Shown piece after piece: positions 40,876-50,116 of a DNA stretch of 64,000 nucleotides (position 1 is the stretch's first letter; every line of letters begins with the position of its first letter). Origin of the DNA: an uncultured SAR86 cluster bacterium (GTDB taxonomy: Bacteria; Pseudomonadota; Gammaproteobacteria; Magnimaribacterales; D2472); assembly GCA_902622845.1 (NCBI GenBank), contig CACNRI010000002.1:196398-260397 (forward strand), written 5' to 3'. The position numbers and the translations under genes were made by a program. The notes under the pieces were generated by a model. It was not told the origin of the DNA. It was given only the letters and a program-made list of their open reading frames with translations, and did no database searches.

Positions 40876-42330
40876 TTAGTGAATAACTTTTCCATCCTTG
40901 AATTTAACTTTTCTTCCTACCCATTCCTCCTTTTTCAATATATTTAAGAAATTATTTTGATTAGAAGAGAGAATTTTCCTGCGTTGTAATTGATCTTCGA
41001 CATATAAAATAGCAATAGGTGTATCCTTATCGTTCTTAAAAATAGTATATCCAACGATTACTCCTTCTCCTTCATTAATATTAGACAGTTTAATCGGTAT
41101 TTCTTTAATTCTAGCTTTATCTGTTACATCTTTATAAATAAAACTCTCCTTATATTTTTTGCCCCAAATACAAAAAGACTGCTTTGTCATCATTCCCGAT
41201 ACACCAGTTACAAGACCATAATTAACTTCCAGATTTCTAATTTTTTGAATCATTCTTACTGTTGAGTGAAGGACAAAGCTATTTAGAGGTCCTCCAGCAT
41301 ATGCCATTGAACCAGTTATAGACTCATTTTTATTTTCATCCAGACCAAGAGATTTACTAAACATTTTTATAGCAGCTGGAAAACAACTATATAAATCGTA
41401 TGCATCTATTTTTATGCCTTGTCTTTTAATTTCGTCTTTTATGTATTGAGCGGCATAGTTCATGCCTAATGATTCATATAATTTTGGTCGTTGTTGGATT
41501 GCAATCATATGATTATTTTCTGCCGATGAAATTGGATAAACTCTCTTATCCATATCTATTCCTAACTTATCTGCTAATTCCTCACTGCATATAATTAAGG
41601 CTGCAGATTGATTAACATTCCAGCTTGTGCAATGAAGTTTATTATATGGAAAAGCAAGCATTTTGTTTTTCTGACTGCTATTTAATATTTCTTCTTTAGA
41701 GTAGGGCTTATTAATCCAACCATCATCATTTGCAGCTGCAATTTTTGAGAATTCTTCATACATTGAAGCAATCTTTTCTTTATGCTCTTCAACACCTTCT
41801 TGATCATTTTTTCTAATCGCTGTCTCAATAGAGGCATAATAACCTACTGCCATTGAACCTAAATTTTTTAGCTCCTCTTCTGTATAAAGATCTTCCTTTG
41901 CCTTAATGTAAAAATCAGGATTTTCATTAAGTTCAGTTTCAGAAAATTTTCTTTCTTCAATTATTGATCTTAGCTGTTTATATCTTGCCTCTCCTCCAAG
42001 AATAATAGATGCATTAATTTCTCCTTTTTCAATTTTTAAACAAGACTCATTTATGAGATTTTGTTGGAGAACTCCAATTTTTGTTACATAAGTTGTAGGA
42101 ATTTTTTTAAAATTATTGTTTTTTGCAATCCATTTTCCAGGGTCTCTATATCTCCAAAACCCTTTTGGTACTCTTATTTCATCAATATGATCCTTAATCG
42201 AAACATTTCCTGAATCGTTAATAGCATTTTTTACAGCTTTATCCATAAGGATCAATGCTTCATCAAGATCCTCGAAATTTCCTTTTTGTTTAATTGCAGA
42301 AACACCAATCACAACTGATCGATTTTGCAT
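40876..42330 (-). CDS. Thiolase-like protein (TLP1-type) with extra C-terminal domain
   Basis: QQNLIN, GGEA, YASIETA, FPYNKLH...VNQSAALII, DLYSCFP, SITGSMAYAGGP.N; C-terminal GEGVIVGYTI domain. Confidence 0.75.
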   Translation of the reverse strand: MQNRSVVIGVSAIKQKGNFEDLDEALILMDKAVKNAINDSGNVSIKDHIDEIRVPKGFWRYRDPGKWIAKNNNFKKIPTTYVTKIGVLQQNLINESCLKIEKGEINASIILGGEARYKQLRSIIEERKFSETELNENPDFYIKAKEDLYTEEELKNLGSMAVGYYASIETAIRKNDQEGVEEHKEKIASMYEEFSKIAAANDDGWINKPYSKEEILNSSQKNKMLAFPYNKLHCTSWNVNQSAALIICSEELADKLGIDMDKRVYPISSAENNHMIAIQQRPKLYESLGMNYAAQYIKDEIKRQGIKIDAYDLYSCFPAAIKMFSKSLGLDENKNESITGSMAYAGGPLNSFVLHSTVRMIQKIRNLEVNYGLVTGVSGMMTKQSFCIWGKKYKESFIYKDVTDKARIKEIPIKLSNINEGEGVIVGYTIFKNDKDTPIAILYVEDQLQRRKILSSNQNNFLNILKKEEWVGRKVKFKDGKVIH

Positions 42331-42334
42331 AATT

Positions 42335-43120
42335 TTATTCAGTTTTAGGAATTGTACTCATTGCAGAAGTGTTAAAACCAGCATCTACATATGTTATTTC
42401 ACCTGTAATACCACTTGCTAAATCTGAACATAAAAAAGCTGCAACATTTCCAACTTCCTCAGTAGTTACAGTTCTTCCAAGTGGCGCTCTGTCTGCGTAT
42501 TCTGTTAGCATGCTTCTAAAATCTTTTACACCAGATGCAGCGAGAGTTTTAATTGGGCCTGCTGAAATTGCATTTACCCTTATTCCTCTTTTACCAAGTG
42601 AGGCTGCTAAAAATCTTGTATTTGCTTCAAGGCTCGCTTTAGCAAGTCCCATTACATTATAGTTAGGCAATGATTGAATTGACCCAAGATAAGTTAAAGT
42701 CAAAAGGGCAGCATTTTTGTTTAAAAGAGGAAGAGATGCTTTCGCAAGAGCAGTAAAGCTGTATGAGCTAATATCATGAGCAATCTGAAAACCCTCCCGC
42801 GTTGTTACCTCGGTAAAATCTCCTTCAAGCTGATCTGATGGAGCAAAACCGATTGAGTGAACTAATCCATCAATATTCTCCCACTTTGATCCTATTTCTT
42901 TAAATGCTCTATCTATAGATTTATCAGACGAAACATCACATTCTATTAGTAACTCAGCCCCTAACTCATCAGCAATTGGCTTAATTTTTTTTAAAAATCT
43001 CTCATTTTGATATAAAAATAATAGTTCTGCCCCATGAGCAGCCATAGATTTAGCTATTCCGCTTGCAATTGAGAATTTATTAGCTAATCCGGTGATTATG
43101 AATTTTTTGTTATTTAGCAT
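42335..43120 (-). CDS. fabI: Enoyl-ACP reductase (NADH)
   Basis: [63 protein letters not shown]. Alternative TTG start at 43135. Confidence 0.96.
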   Translation of the reverse strand: MLNNKKFIITGLANKFSIASGIAKSMAAHGAELLFLYQNERFLKKIKPIADELGAELLIECDVSSDKSIDRAFKEIGSKWENIDGLVHSIGFAPSDQLEGDFTEVTTREGFQIAHDISSYSFTALAKASLPLLNKNAALLTLTYLGSIQSLPNYNVMGLAKASLEANTRFLAASLGKRGIRVNAISAGPIKTLAASGVKDFRSMLTEYADRAPLGRTVTTEEVGNVAAFLCSDLASGITGEITYVDAGFNTSAMSTIPKTE

Positions 43121-43245
43121 TTTTCGATTTGTCAAATTAAATTATAAGCCAATAAAACATTTGTTTACATTCTTTTGAATAAATGGTTCCATAAATTACT
43201 GATGTAGCATTATTTGCTGCTTTTTTTAAAAAATAGGGGGGAAGT

Positions 43246-46065
43246 ATGAATATACTCAAACTGAGAAACTTCTTAGCTTTATCTCTGACACTTGGGCTAT
43301 TTAATTTTGAAATTTTTGCTCAAGATTCAGACGATGATGTTGAAGAGGTAGTTGTTACTGGCTCAAGGATTTTAAATGATGAATTTGCATCTTCTAGTCC
43401 TGTAACAATAATTTCTGACGAAGATATTCTCGCTGGCGGTAATGCTAGTGTTGACGAATTTCTTAAGTACACGCCTGCCTTCACAGGTTATCAGCTTGGT
43501 ACGTCTACCAACAATGGTGGGGATGGATCAAGAAAGGTTGATCTGAGAGGTTTAGGTTTTAATAGAACACTTGTTTTAGTGAATTCTAGAAGAGTAATCG
43601 GTGATGTTGGCGGAGATGGTGCCGTTGATATTGGTGGTATTCCTGAAATCATGATTAAGCGAGTCGAAGTTTTAAAAGATGGAGCTTCAACTGTATACGG
43701 ATCAGATGCAATTTCTGGTGTCGTAAACTTTATACTTGATGATAATTTTGAAGGTCTACAAGTCTCTACTGGAATGGGGGAAGGCCTTGAAAATGGCCAA
43801 GCTGCGAATGAAGACTTTGGTATAAAAGCTGGTTTGAAAGGCGATAGGGGTAACATTGTTTTTGCCATGGGTTGGAAAAATCAAAAAGAAATGCTCCAAG
43901 CAGAACAACCATGGGCTAATGATGCTTTGTTTCCTCAAATACAAGCTGATGGTTCATTCAAAGCTGTAGGATCTGGTTCTTCTAATAGTAGAAAAATTAG
44001 AGGTCCAGGAGGCAACTATATTTATGATTCATCTATTGGTGCAGCTAGAGATTTTACCTCTGCGGATGTATATAACTATGCTCCTGTAAATGCATTGATA
44101 ACTCCAAATGAGAGAACACAAATGGCTGTAATGGGAGAATTGGAAGTTACAGATGGATTAGATTTTTACTTTTCAGGTATTTATAATAGAAGATATTCCC
44201 ATCAAAGACTTGCTCCAGATGCATCTTTTGCTGTGAATCCATCTGTTGAAACGCCTAATAATGGTCTTCAATATAATGATTTTGTTCCTGCAAATAATCC
44301 TTACAACCCGTTTGGATCTGTCAACTGTGCAAATACTGCCGGTGATGGTGAACTTATTGATGGAAATGGGAATGTGATACCTGTTGGTGGTGCTATATGT
44401 GATCTTGGTGTAAGAATCAATAGAAGATTTGAAGAGTCTGGAGGAAGACTATTCGAGCAAACTGTTGATGCATACTCTCTAGTCACAGGACTAACATGGG
44501 AAATGTTTGGCTTAAATCATGACTTATCTTTATCTTTTGGTGAAACAGAGCAAGTAGATGAAACACTGAATTATGGAAGATTTGATAGATGGGCAATAGC
44601 TGTTGACCCAGTTGCATGTGAAGCTAATTCTTCATGCCCTGGTGTGCTAAACCCATTTGGAGAATTTGGAAGCATCACTCCAGAGCAAATGGCTTTCTTA
44701 ACAGCTGGATCACTTAAAGATCAATCTGGTGCAGATTTTGACATGATTTCATATGTCGTTTCTGGTGAAAATTATGCTGTTGGTGTTGAAAAGAGGCAAG
44801 AATACGGATATTTCAAACCTGATGAATTTAGTGCTGAGGGTTTAACTACAGGTGGTGCCTCTGATCCTTTAAGAGGAGGATTTAGTGTCATGGAAGTATT
44901 TGGTGAATATCTTATGGATGTTAACGATGATCTTAACGTCGATATGTCTGTGAGATACTCTGATTACGATACTGTTGGCTCAAGCACTGTTTTCAAAGTT
45001 GGAGTTGATTACACAATTCAAGAAAACATGAGATTAAGAGCAACACTTGGTACTGGATTTAGAGCGCCTAATGTTTCTGAATTAAACACAAGTGCAAGTA
45101 CAACTTTTCCTGTCATCGATTTACCATGTGAGTTAGCTGATAGAAGACTTGCTGCAGGCTCAATATCTCAGACTATCTATGATAACTGCGTCGCATTAGG
45201 TTTTGATCCAACAGATGCTGGCGAATATGGTTTTGGATGGCAGTCTTATCATGAGTATTATGCTGACGGTGATCTCTCTCCTGAAGAATCAACAAACTTT
45301 TCTGTTGGTCTTGTAATGGAAGATGTCTTAGTTGATGGCCTTTCACTGGCTGTAGATTACTGGAATATAGAGATTGATGATGTAATTGCATTACCAATTG
45401 CTAATTTAATCTTTTTAGATTGTCTATCACAACCTGTCATGGATTTTTCAACAGGCAGCTGTGGAACATTTATCGATTATGGCTTGAATGATGATTCAGA
45501 TTTTGGTCCCAATGGATTGAATTATTTTGGATATCCAGGGGATATAGAAACTCCATGGGGTAACCAAGGAACTTTCTCATCTGATGGTATTGACTTTGCA
45601 TTAGCAAAATCTGGCGATTTAGATATGAGAAGGATATCTGGTTATGTTGTTTCATTTGATGCGACTTTGCACAATTCATATGAGCAAGAATTCACTTTTG
45701 GTGGAGGAAAAGATTATGTAGGAACAGCAGATGGTTTTGCTGTATATCCTGAATTCAGATATGTTCTTTCAGCCGGTGTTCAAGGAGATAATTGGACAAC
45801 AGCTTTAAGTATTAGAGGTATCGGTGAATCTGATGATGTTTGGCGACATCCTGCAGTTACACAAGATGCTACTGCTGAAGCAACAACATATATAGATGCT
45901 GTTTCATCGTACAATTTTAGAAATTCCACATTTAGATTTGGTATTAATAACTTAACCGATGAAAATCCTCCTTATTTCCATAGTAACTTTAATGGAAATA
46001 CTGAGCCTGGTGTTTATGATGTAATTGGTAGAAGAGTATTTGTTAGCATAGTTTCAACTTTCTAA
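43246..46065 (+). CDS. TonB-dependent receptor (TBDR2)
   Basis: EEVVVTGSRI, DLRGLGFNRTLVLVN, RVEVLKDGASTVYGSDAISGVVN, YDVIGRR, terminal Phe; GGGGGG SD. Confidence 0.93.
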   Translation: MNILKLRNFLALSLTLGLFNFEIFAQDSDDDVEEVVVTGSRILNDEFASSSPVTIISDEDILAGGNASVDEFLKYTPAFTGYQLGTSTNNGGDGSRKVDLRGLGFNRTLVLVNSRRVIGDVGGDGAVDIGGIPEIMIKRVEVLKDGASTVYGSDAISGVVNFILDDNFEGLQVSTGMGEGLENGQAANEDFGIKAGLKGDRGNIVFAMGWKNQKEMLQAEQPWANDALFPQIQADGSFKAVGSGSSNSRKIRGPGGNYIYDSSIGAARDFTSADVYNYAPVNALITPNERTQMAVMGELEVTDGLDFYFSGIYNRRYSHQRLAPDASFAVNPSVETPNNGLQYNDFVPANNPYNPFGSVNCANTAGDGELIDGNGNVIPVGGAICDLGVRINRRFEESGGRLFEQTVDAYSLVTGLTWEMFGLNHDLSLSFGETEQVDETLNYGRFDRWAIAVDPVACEANSSCPGVLNPFGEFGSITPEQMAFLTAGSLKDQSGADFDMISYVVSGENYAVGVEKRQEYGYFKPDEFSAEGLTTGGASDPLRGGFSVMEVFGEYLMDVNDDLNVDMSVRYSDYDTVGSSTVFKVGVDYTIQENMRLRATLGTGFRAPNVSELNTSASTTFPVIDLPCELADRRLAAGSISQTIYDNCVALGFDPTDAGEYGFGWQSYHEYYADGDLSPEESTNFSVGLVMEDVLVDGLSLAVDYWNIEIDDVIALPIANLIFLDCLSQPVMDFSTGSCGTFIDYGLNDDSDFGPNGLNYFGYPGDIETPWGNQGTFSSDGIDFALAKSGDLDMRRISGYVVSFDATLHNSYEQEFTFGGGKDYVGTADGFAVYPEFRYVLSAGVQGDNWTTALSIRGIGESDDVWRHPAVTQDATAEATTYIDAVSSYNFRNSTFRFGINNLTDENPPYFHSNFNGNTEPGVYDVIGRRVFVSIVSTF

Positions 46066-46084
46066 CTTATTTTCTCCTAAATTT

Positions 46085-46112
46085 AAAGGGGTCTGATTGG
46101 ACCCCTTTTTTT
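46085..46112 (+). terminator. Intrinsic terminator of TBDR2
   Basis: AAAGGGGTC-tgattg-GACCCCTTT followed by more Ts. Confidence 0.85.
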
Positions 46113-46183
46113 ATTAATTTGTGTTGAAATTTTTAACATATTAATGTCTAATACCTGCTTCTTTTTATTCGAGTAATCTATTT

Positions 46184-46588
46184 ATGTTAACAAAAGCAAA
46201 ACTTCTAAGAATGCCAGCAAAAAAATATATGGCTAAAGAGCAGCTTGAGTTTTTCTCAGCTCAACTTAATGATCAAAAGTCCGAAGCTTTGACTGAAATT
46301 GAAGATGCAAGACAAAGATTGAGAGTTCCGCCAGAGTGCAAAGATGAAGCAGATAGAGCCTCTTTTGAAATGGATTCACAATTGTATTTAAGAATAGTTG
46401 ATAGAAAGTCAAAGCTTGTAAGAAAAATTGACTTTGCTCTAAGAAGAATTAAAACAGGTGAGTATGGTTATTGCATGGAGACTGGAGAGCCAATTGGTCT
46501 TGAAAGACTTTTAATAAGACCAACTGCAGAATTCTGTGCGGATATTAAATATATTAATGATGACCAAGAAAAACATTACGCAGAGTAA
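46184..46588 (+). CDS. dksA: DksA-family RNA polymerase-binding factor, 2-Cys (non-Zn-finger) type
   Basis: YMAKEQLEFF, DEADRA (DxxDxA tip), GEYGYC.ETGEPIGLERL..RPTA..C; motif is CxxT-x17-CxxI. Confidence 0.85.
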   Translation: MLTKAKLLRMPAKKYMAKEQLEFFSAQLNDQKSEALTEIEDARQRLRVPPECKDEADRASFEMDSQLYLRIVDRKSKLVRKIDFALRRIKTGEYGYCMETGEPIGLERLLIRPTAEFCADIKYINDDQEKHYAE

Positions 46589-46684
46589 TCTTTAGTAAAT
46601 TATCATTAGACTTAATTTTTTCCACCTAACCATTTCTTTTATACTGAATTTTATACAATCATCTTAAATGTTTTTATTTTACTT

Positions 46685-47677
46685 ATGGAAAAGTATATGA
46701 GACTTAGCAAAACTTGTATTTTAATTACATTTTTTATTTTTAATTCGAGTGTAGTTCTTTCAGACTATGAAAATACCAACGGAAAACCAATTGAAAAATC
46801 ATTCCAGGATCTCTTGAAGTGGGCTACAGATGATATTGAAACAAAGATCGATTACATTGAAATATCAAATGATTGGGAAAGCTTAGATTTTGAAGAAGAT
46901 GATAATTATGGAGTCTGGGTGGGGCACTCTACTTTCCTAATAAAGAAAAATGGCATCACAATTTTGACTGATCCGGTTTTCTCTGACAGGGCATCTCCAT
47001 TTAAAAACATAGGACCCAAAAGACTTATTCCTCCAGCAATTCCTTTAAAACAACTACCTGAAATTGACTTTATAACTATAAGTCATAATCATTATGACCA
47101 TTTAGATATCAGATCTTTGAAAGATCTTTATTTATTAAACTCAAGTACCATTTTTTTAGTGCCTGCTGGAGACAAAAAGCTCTTAGAAAGACAAAAAATA
47201 GAAAATGTCTATGAGTATGAATGGTGGGAAGGATATTTATCAGACGAACTTAAGATAACTTTCACTCCCGTTCAGCATTGGTCAAAGAGAGGCCTATTTG
47301 ATAGAAACAAAAGTTTATGGGGAGGGTGGTATTTTGAGTTTAATGATTTTTCAATATTTCATGCAGGCGATACTGGTTATTCTGAAGATTTTAAGAGCAC
47401 CAGAATGAAACTAGGTTCACCTAAGTATGCTTTTATTCCGATAGGAGCATATGATCCAGAGTGGTTTATGGCTGAAAGTCATGTCAATCCAGAAGATGCT
47501 GTTCAAATAATGTTAGATCTTGGGGCTGAAAGTAGTTTTGGTATGCACTGGGCAACTTTTAAACTTACAGATGAGGATACTTTGGAGCCAAGAGAGAGAC
47601 TTGATGCAGAAGTTAAAAATAAAAAAATAAACAGCTTTATTGCACCCATTCCAGGCTCGATCATAAATTTAGATTGA
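46685..47677 (+). CDS. Secreted MBL-fold hydrolase, NAPE-PLD/RomA-like
   Basis: WVGHSTFL, LTDPVFS, SHNHYDHLD, PVQHWS, HAGDTG, PIGAY.P.WFM, GMHWATF.LTDE; signal peptide. Confidence 0.8.
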   Translation: MEKYMRLSKTCILITFFIFNSSVVLSDYENTNGKPIEKSFQDLLKWATDDIETKIDYIEISNDWESLDFEEDDNYGVWVGHSTFLIKKNGITILTDPVFSDRASPFKNIGPKRLIPPAIPLKQLPEIDFITISHNHYDHLDIRSLKDLYLLNSSTIFLVPAGDKKLLERQKIENVYEYEWWEGYLSDELKITFTPVQHWSKRGLFDRNKSLWGGWYFEFNDFSIFHAGDTGYSEDFKSTRMKLGSPKYAFIPIGAYDPEWFMAESHVNPEDAVQIMLDLGAESSFGMHWATFKLTDEDTLEPRERLDAEVKNKKINSFIAPIPGSIINLD

Positions 47678-47725
47678 ATAAATATTTACTTCAAAAATAT
47701 ACTTAGGTAATATCTGGAACTTCTT

Positions 47726-47801
47726 GGGGCCATAGCTCAGCTGGGAGAGCGCAACGCTGGCAGCGTTGAGGTCAGGGGTTCGATCCCCCTTGGCTCCACC
47801 A
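47726..47801 (+). tRNA. tRNA-Ala (anticodon GGC)
   Basis: GGGGCCA/TGGCTCC acceptor with G3:U70; CAACG-ctGGCag-CGTTG anticodon arm; encoded CCA. Confidence 0.97.
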
Positions 47802-47813
47802 AATATTTAAAAG

Positions 47814-48305
47814 ATGAAAAAATCAATATCACTTATAGGTATGGCAGGGGCAGGAAAATCGTCCATTGGAGTGAAGTTAGCAAATTATCTTAAGTTTGAT
47901 TTCATTGACAGTGATGAATTAATAGAGGCAAATCAAAATAAATCACTTCAGGAGGTTCTGGCTAAGAATGGAATTCAAGAATTTAAAAAAATTGAGGAAG
48001 CTGCAATTTTATCTGTTGAATTTAATCAAACTATCTTAGCAACCGGTGGAAGTGCAATCTTTAGCAAAAATGCAATGAATCATATTAAAAACAATTCATC
48101 AGTAGTTTTTTTAGAAGTTTCTTTTGAAGATATAGTTGATCGTATTCCTGATTTTTCAAATCGTGGCTTTATTAAAGAGGCAAATCAAACAATGCAACAA
48201 GCTTTTAATGAAAGAGAGAGCATCTATAGAGAGTTTGCTGATCATATTGTGCCAAACCACGAAGGAATAGAGTCTTGTTTCAATAAAATTCTTAGTATTA
48301 TTTAA
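47814..48305 (+). CDS. Shikimate kinase-like small-molecule kinase
   Basis: IGMAGAGKS P-loop, IDSDELIE, ATGGS, ERESIY; not adjacent to aroB. Confidence 0.8.
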   Translation: MKKSISLIGMAGAGKSSIGVKLANYLKFDFIDSDELIEANQNKSLQEVLAKNGIQEFKKIEEAAILSVEFNQTILATGGSAIFSKNAMNHIKNNSSVVFLEVSFEDIVDRIPDFSNRGFIKEANQTMQQAFNERESIYREFADHIVPNHEGIESCFNKILSII

Positions 48306-48313
48306 AAACTTCT

Positions 48314-49063
48314 TTAGATTCTTTTATTAAGCATTTTCCATACCTTGGAAGTAATTTTCATTCCAAGAAATGGCCTTACTAACTTATAGGCTATGCCAGG
48401 AATAACGGTACTCTTTCCAGCTCTAGAAGCTTTTTCAGTCGTCCTTACAACCTTTTCAGCAGATACCCACATCCAAAAAGGTATTTTCTTTTCTAGATGA
48501 TCAAGACCAGCTCTTTTGTGCGCATTTGTTTTAACATAACCTGGAAGTGAGATAGTGACAGAAACATTTTCATCTGCTAGCTCCTCGCCAACCGATCTTC
48601 CATAAGAATAAATAGCAGACTTTGCAGATGCATATAATGAAGATTTTGGCATTGGTGTTACTGCTCCTATGCTTGAAATAATGACAATCCTTGAAGCATC
48701 TTTCTCTTTTAACCTTGGAACCAATCCCTCTATTAAATCAATAACTCCACCACATAAAAGATAATATAATTCATCTCTTTGCAATGAGGTGCTCTCACCA
48801 GCTTTGCTCATCATAGTAATGCCAGCATTAGCAACAACAAGATCTGGACAATCTACTTTTTCAAGCAGCTCTAAAATAGAATCTTTCTTCGAGAGATCAA
48901 AATGAAAATAGTTATTATTATTATTTTGAAAGAACTCTCTTGCTTTTTTTGATCTTTCTTCACTATGGGAAATTAAATCTAAAGACCAACCATTCTGGTT
49001 TAAATGCTTAGCGTACTCAAAACCAATTCCTGAAGAAGCTCCTGTAATTAATGCTTTTTTCAT
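48314..49063 (-). CDS. Short-chain dehydrogenase/reductase
   Basis: TGASSGIG, ANAG, ISS, YASAK, PGYVKT. Start moved from 49105 to ATG 49063. Confidence 0.9.
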   Translation of the reverse strand: MKKALITGASSGIGFEYAKHLNQNGWSLDLISHSEERSKKAREFFQNNNNNYFHFDLSKKDSILELLEKVDCPDLVVANAGITMMSKAGESTSLQRDELYYLLCGGVIDLIEGLVPRLKEKDASRIVIISSIGAVTPMPKSSLYASAKSAIYSYGRSVGEELADENVSVTISLPGYVKTNAHKRAGLDHLEKKIPFWMWVSAEKVVRTTEKASRAGKSTVIPGIAYKLVRPFLGMKITSKVWKMLNKRI

Positions 49064-49096
49064 CTTTATTATTTTAATTGGGATTATAATCTTTTT

Positions 49097-50050
49097 ATGA
49101 AACATTTTGGTTTGAGATCGACATTTTCATTGATTGTTGCAATCACTTTTGTAAACTCCTGCGGCGGCGGTGGAGGAGGTACTGATCCTATACCTCAGAC
49201 CTCAAATACTTCTCCCTTTTTCGTAAATAACATTGGTGAGATTGAGGTTGATGAAATGCAATTATCTGTTGCTACCATTTCTGCTAGTGATAATGATGGA
49301 GATATACTTCAATACAGTCTCTCAGGGAATGATCCTTCCTATTTTTCTATAACCAATGAAGGAGTAATAACCTTTAATCAGCCCCCGAATTATTTTGATA
49401 AGAATGAGTTCTCAATTTTGATAAATGTAACTGATAATATTGCTTCAATTTCTCAAACACTTACAGTTTTTCTTTTGAGAGTTTGTTCAGACAGTTTTTT
49501 TGGCAGAACAGTATGTTTTGAAGAGGAAAATACAAGTGTTGAATATGATAGATCAAATGATTATCCAACATGGCAAGATTGGGATGGCGATTGTCAGAAT
49601 AATAGACATGAAGTGCTTGAATCTGAACATATTGATGATGATTCTAATCATCCCTTAGTTTTTTCATCAGACGGATGTTTCGTCAATTCTGGCAAATGGT
49701 TTGATCCATACGATAATCTTTATTATTTTTCTTCTTCTGAAGTCCAAATAGATCATGTTGTTGCATTATTTGAAGCACATAAAAGTGGAGCTTGGAGCTT
49801 TCCAGCTTCAAGAAAACTAAAATTCGCTAACAATATTGATTTTGATGATCTTTTAATTGCAGTGGGAGGTTCATCAAATGCAAGCAAAGGATCATCAGAT
49901 CCATCTAACTGGATGCCAGATAATGCCTCTTATCATTGTGAATATCTAAATAAATGGCTCAACATTAAATCTGAGTTTAGGTTAAGTCTTGATTTGGATG
50001 AGAGAGATACGATCACCACTCTTTATCAAGAAAAAAATTGCCAAAATTAA
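49097..50050 (+). CDS. Lipoprotein with cadherin-like domain and C-terminal DUF1524/HNH nuclease domain
   Basis: VNSC-GGGGGG; ASDNDGDILQYSLSGND..YFSI...G.ITF..PPNY (cadherin-like); DCQNNRHEVL, W.DPYD, QIDHVV, GAW, LIAV..SSNASKG.SDP..WMP, CEY...W. Confidence 0.8.
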   Translation: MKHFGLRSTFSLIVAITFVNSCGGGGGGTDPIPQTSNTSPFFVNNIGEIEVDEMQLSVATISASDNDGDILQYSLSGNDPSYFSITNEGVITFNQPPNYFDKNEFSILINVTDNIASISQTLTVFLLRVCSDSFFGRTVCFEEENTSVEYDRSNDYPTWQDWDGDCQNNRHEVLESEHIDDDSNHPLVFSSDGCFVNSGKWFDPYDNLYYFSSSEVQIDHVVALFEAHKSGAWSFPASRKLKFANNIDFDDLLIAVGGSSNASKGSSDPSNWMPDNASYHCEYLNKWLNIKSEFRLSLDLDERDTITTLYQEKNCQN

Positions 50051-50116
50051 GTTTTTTTTATAAACATAATAATTTTTTTATTGAAATTGATGTATGATTT
50101 TATAAGGAGGGATTTT

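Noticed and set aside
49160-49180. Gly6 tract as a phase-variable repeat
   Set aside because: The codons are mixed (GGC GGC GGT GGA GGA GGT), so it is not a slippage homopolymer. It is a normal lipoprotein linker.
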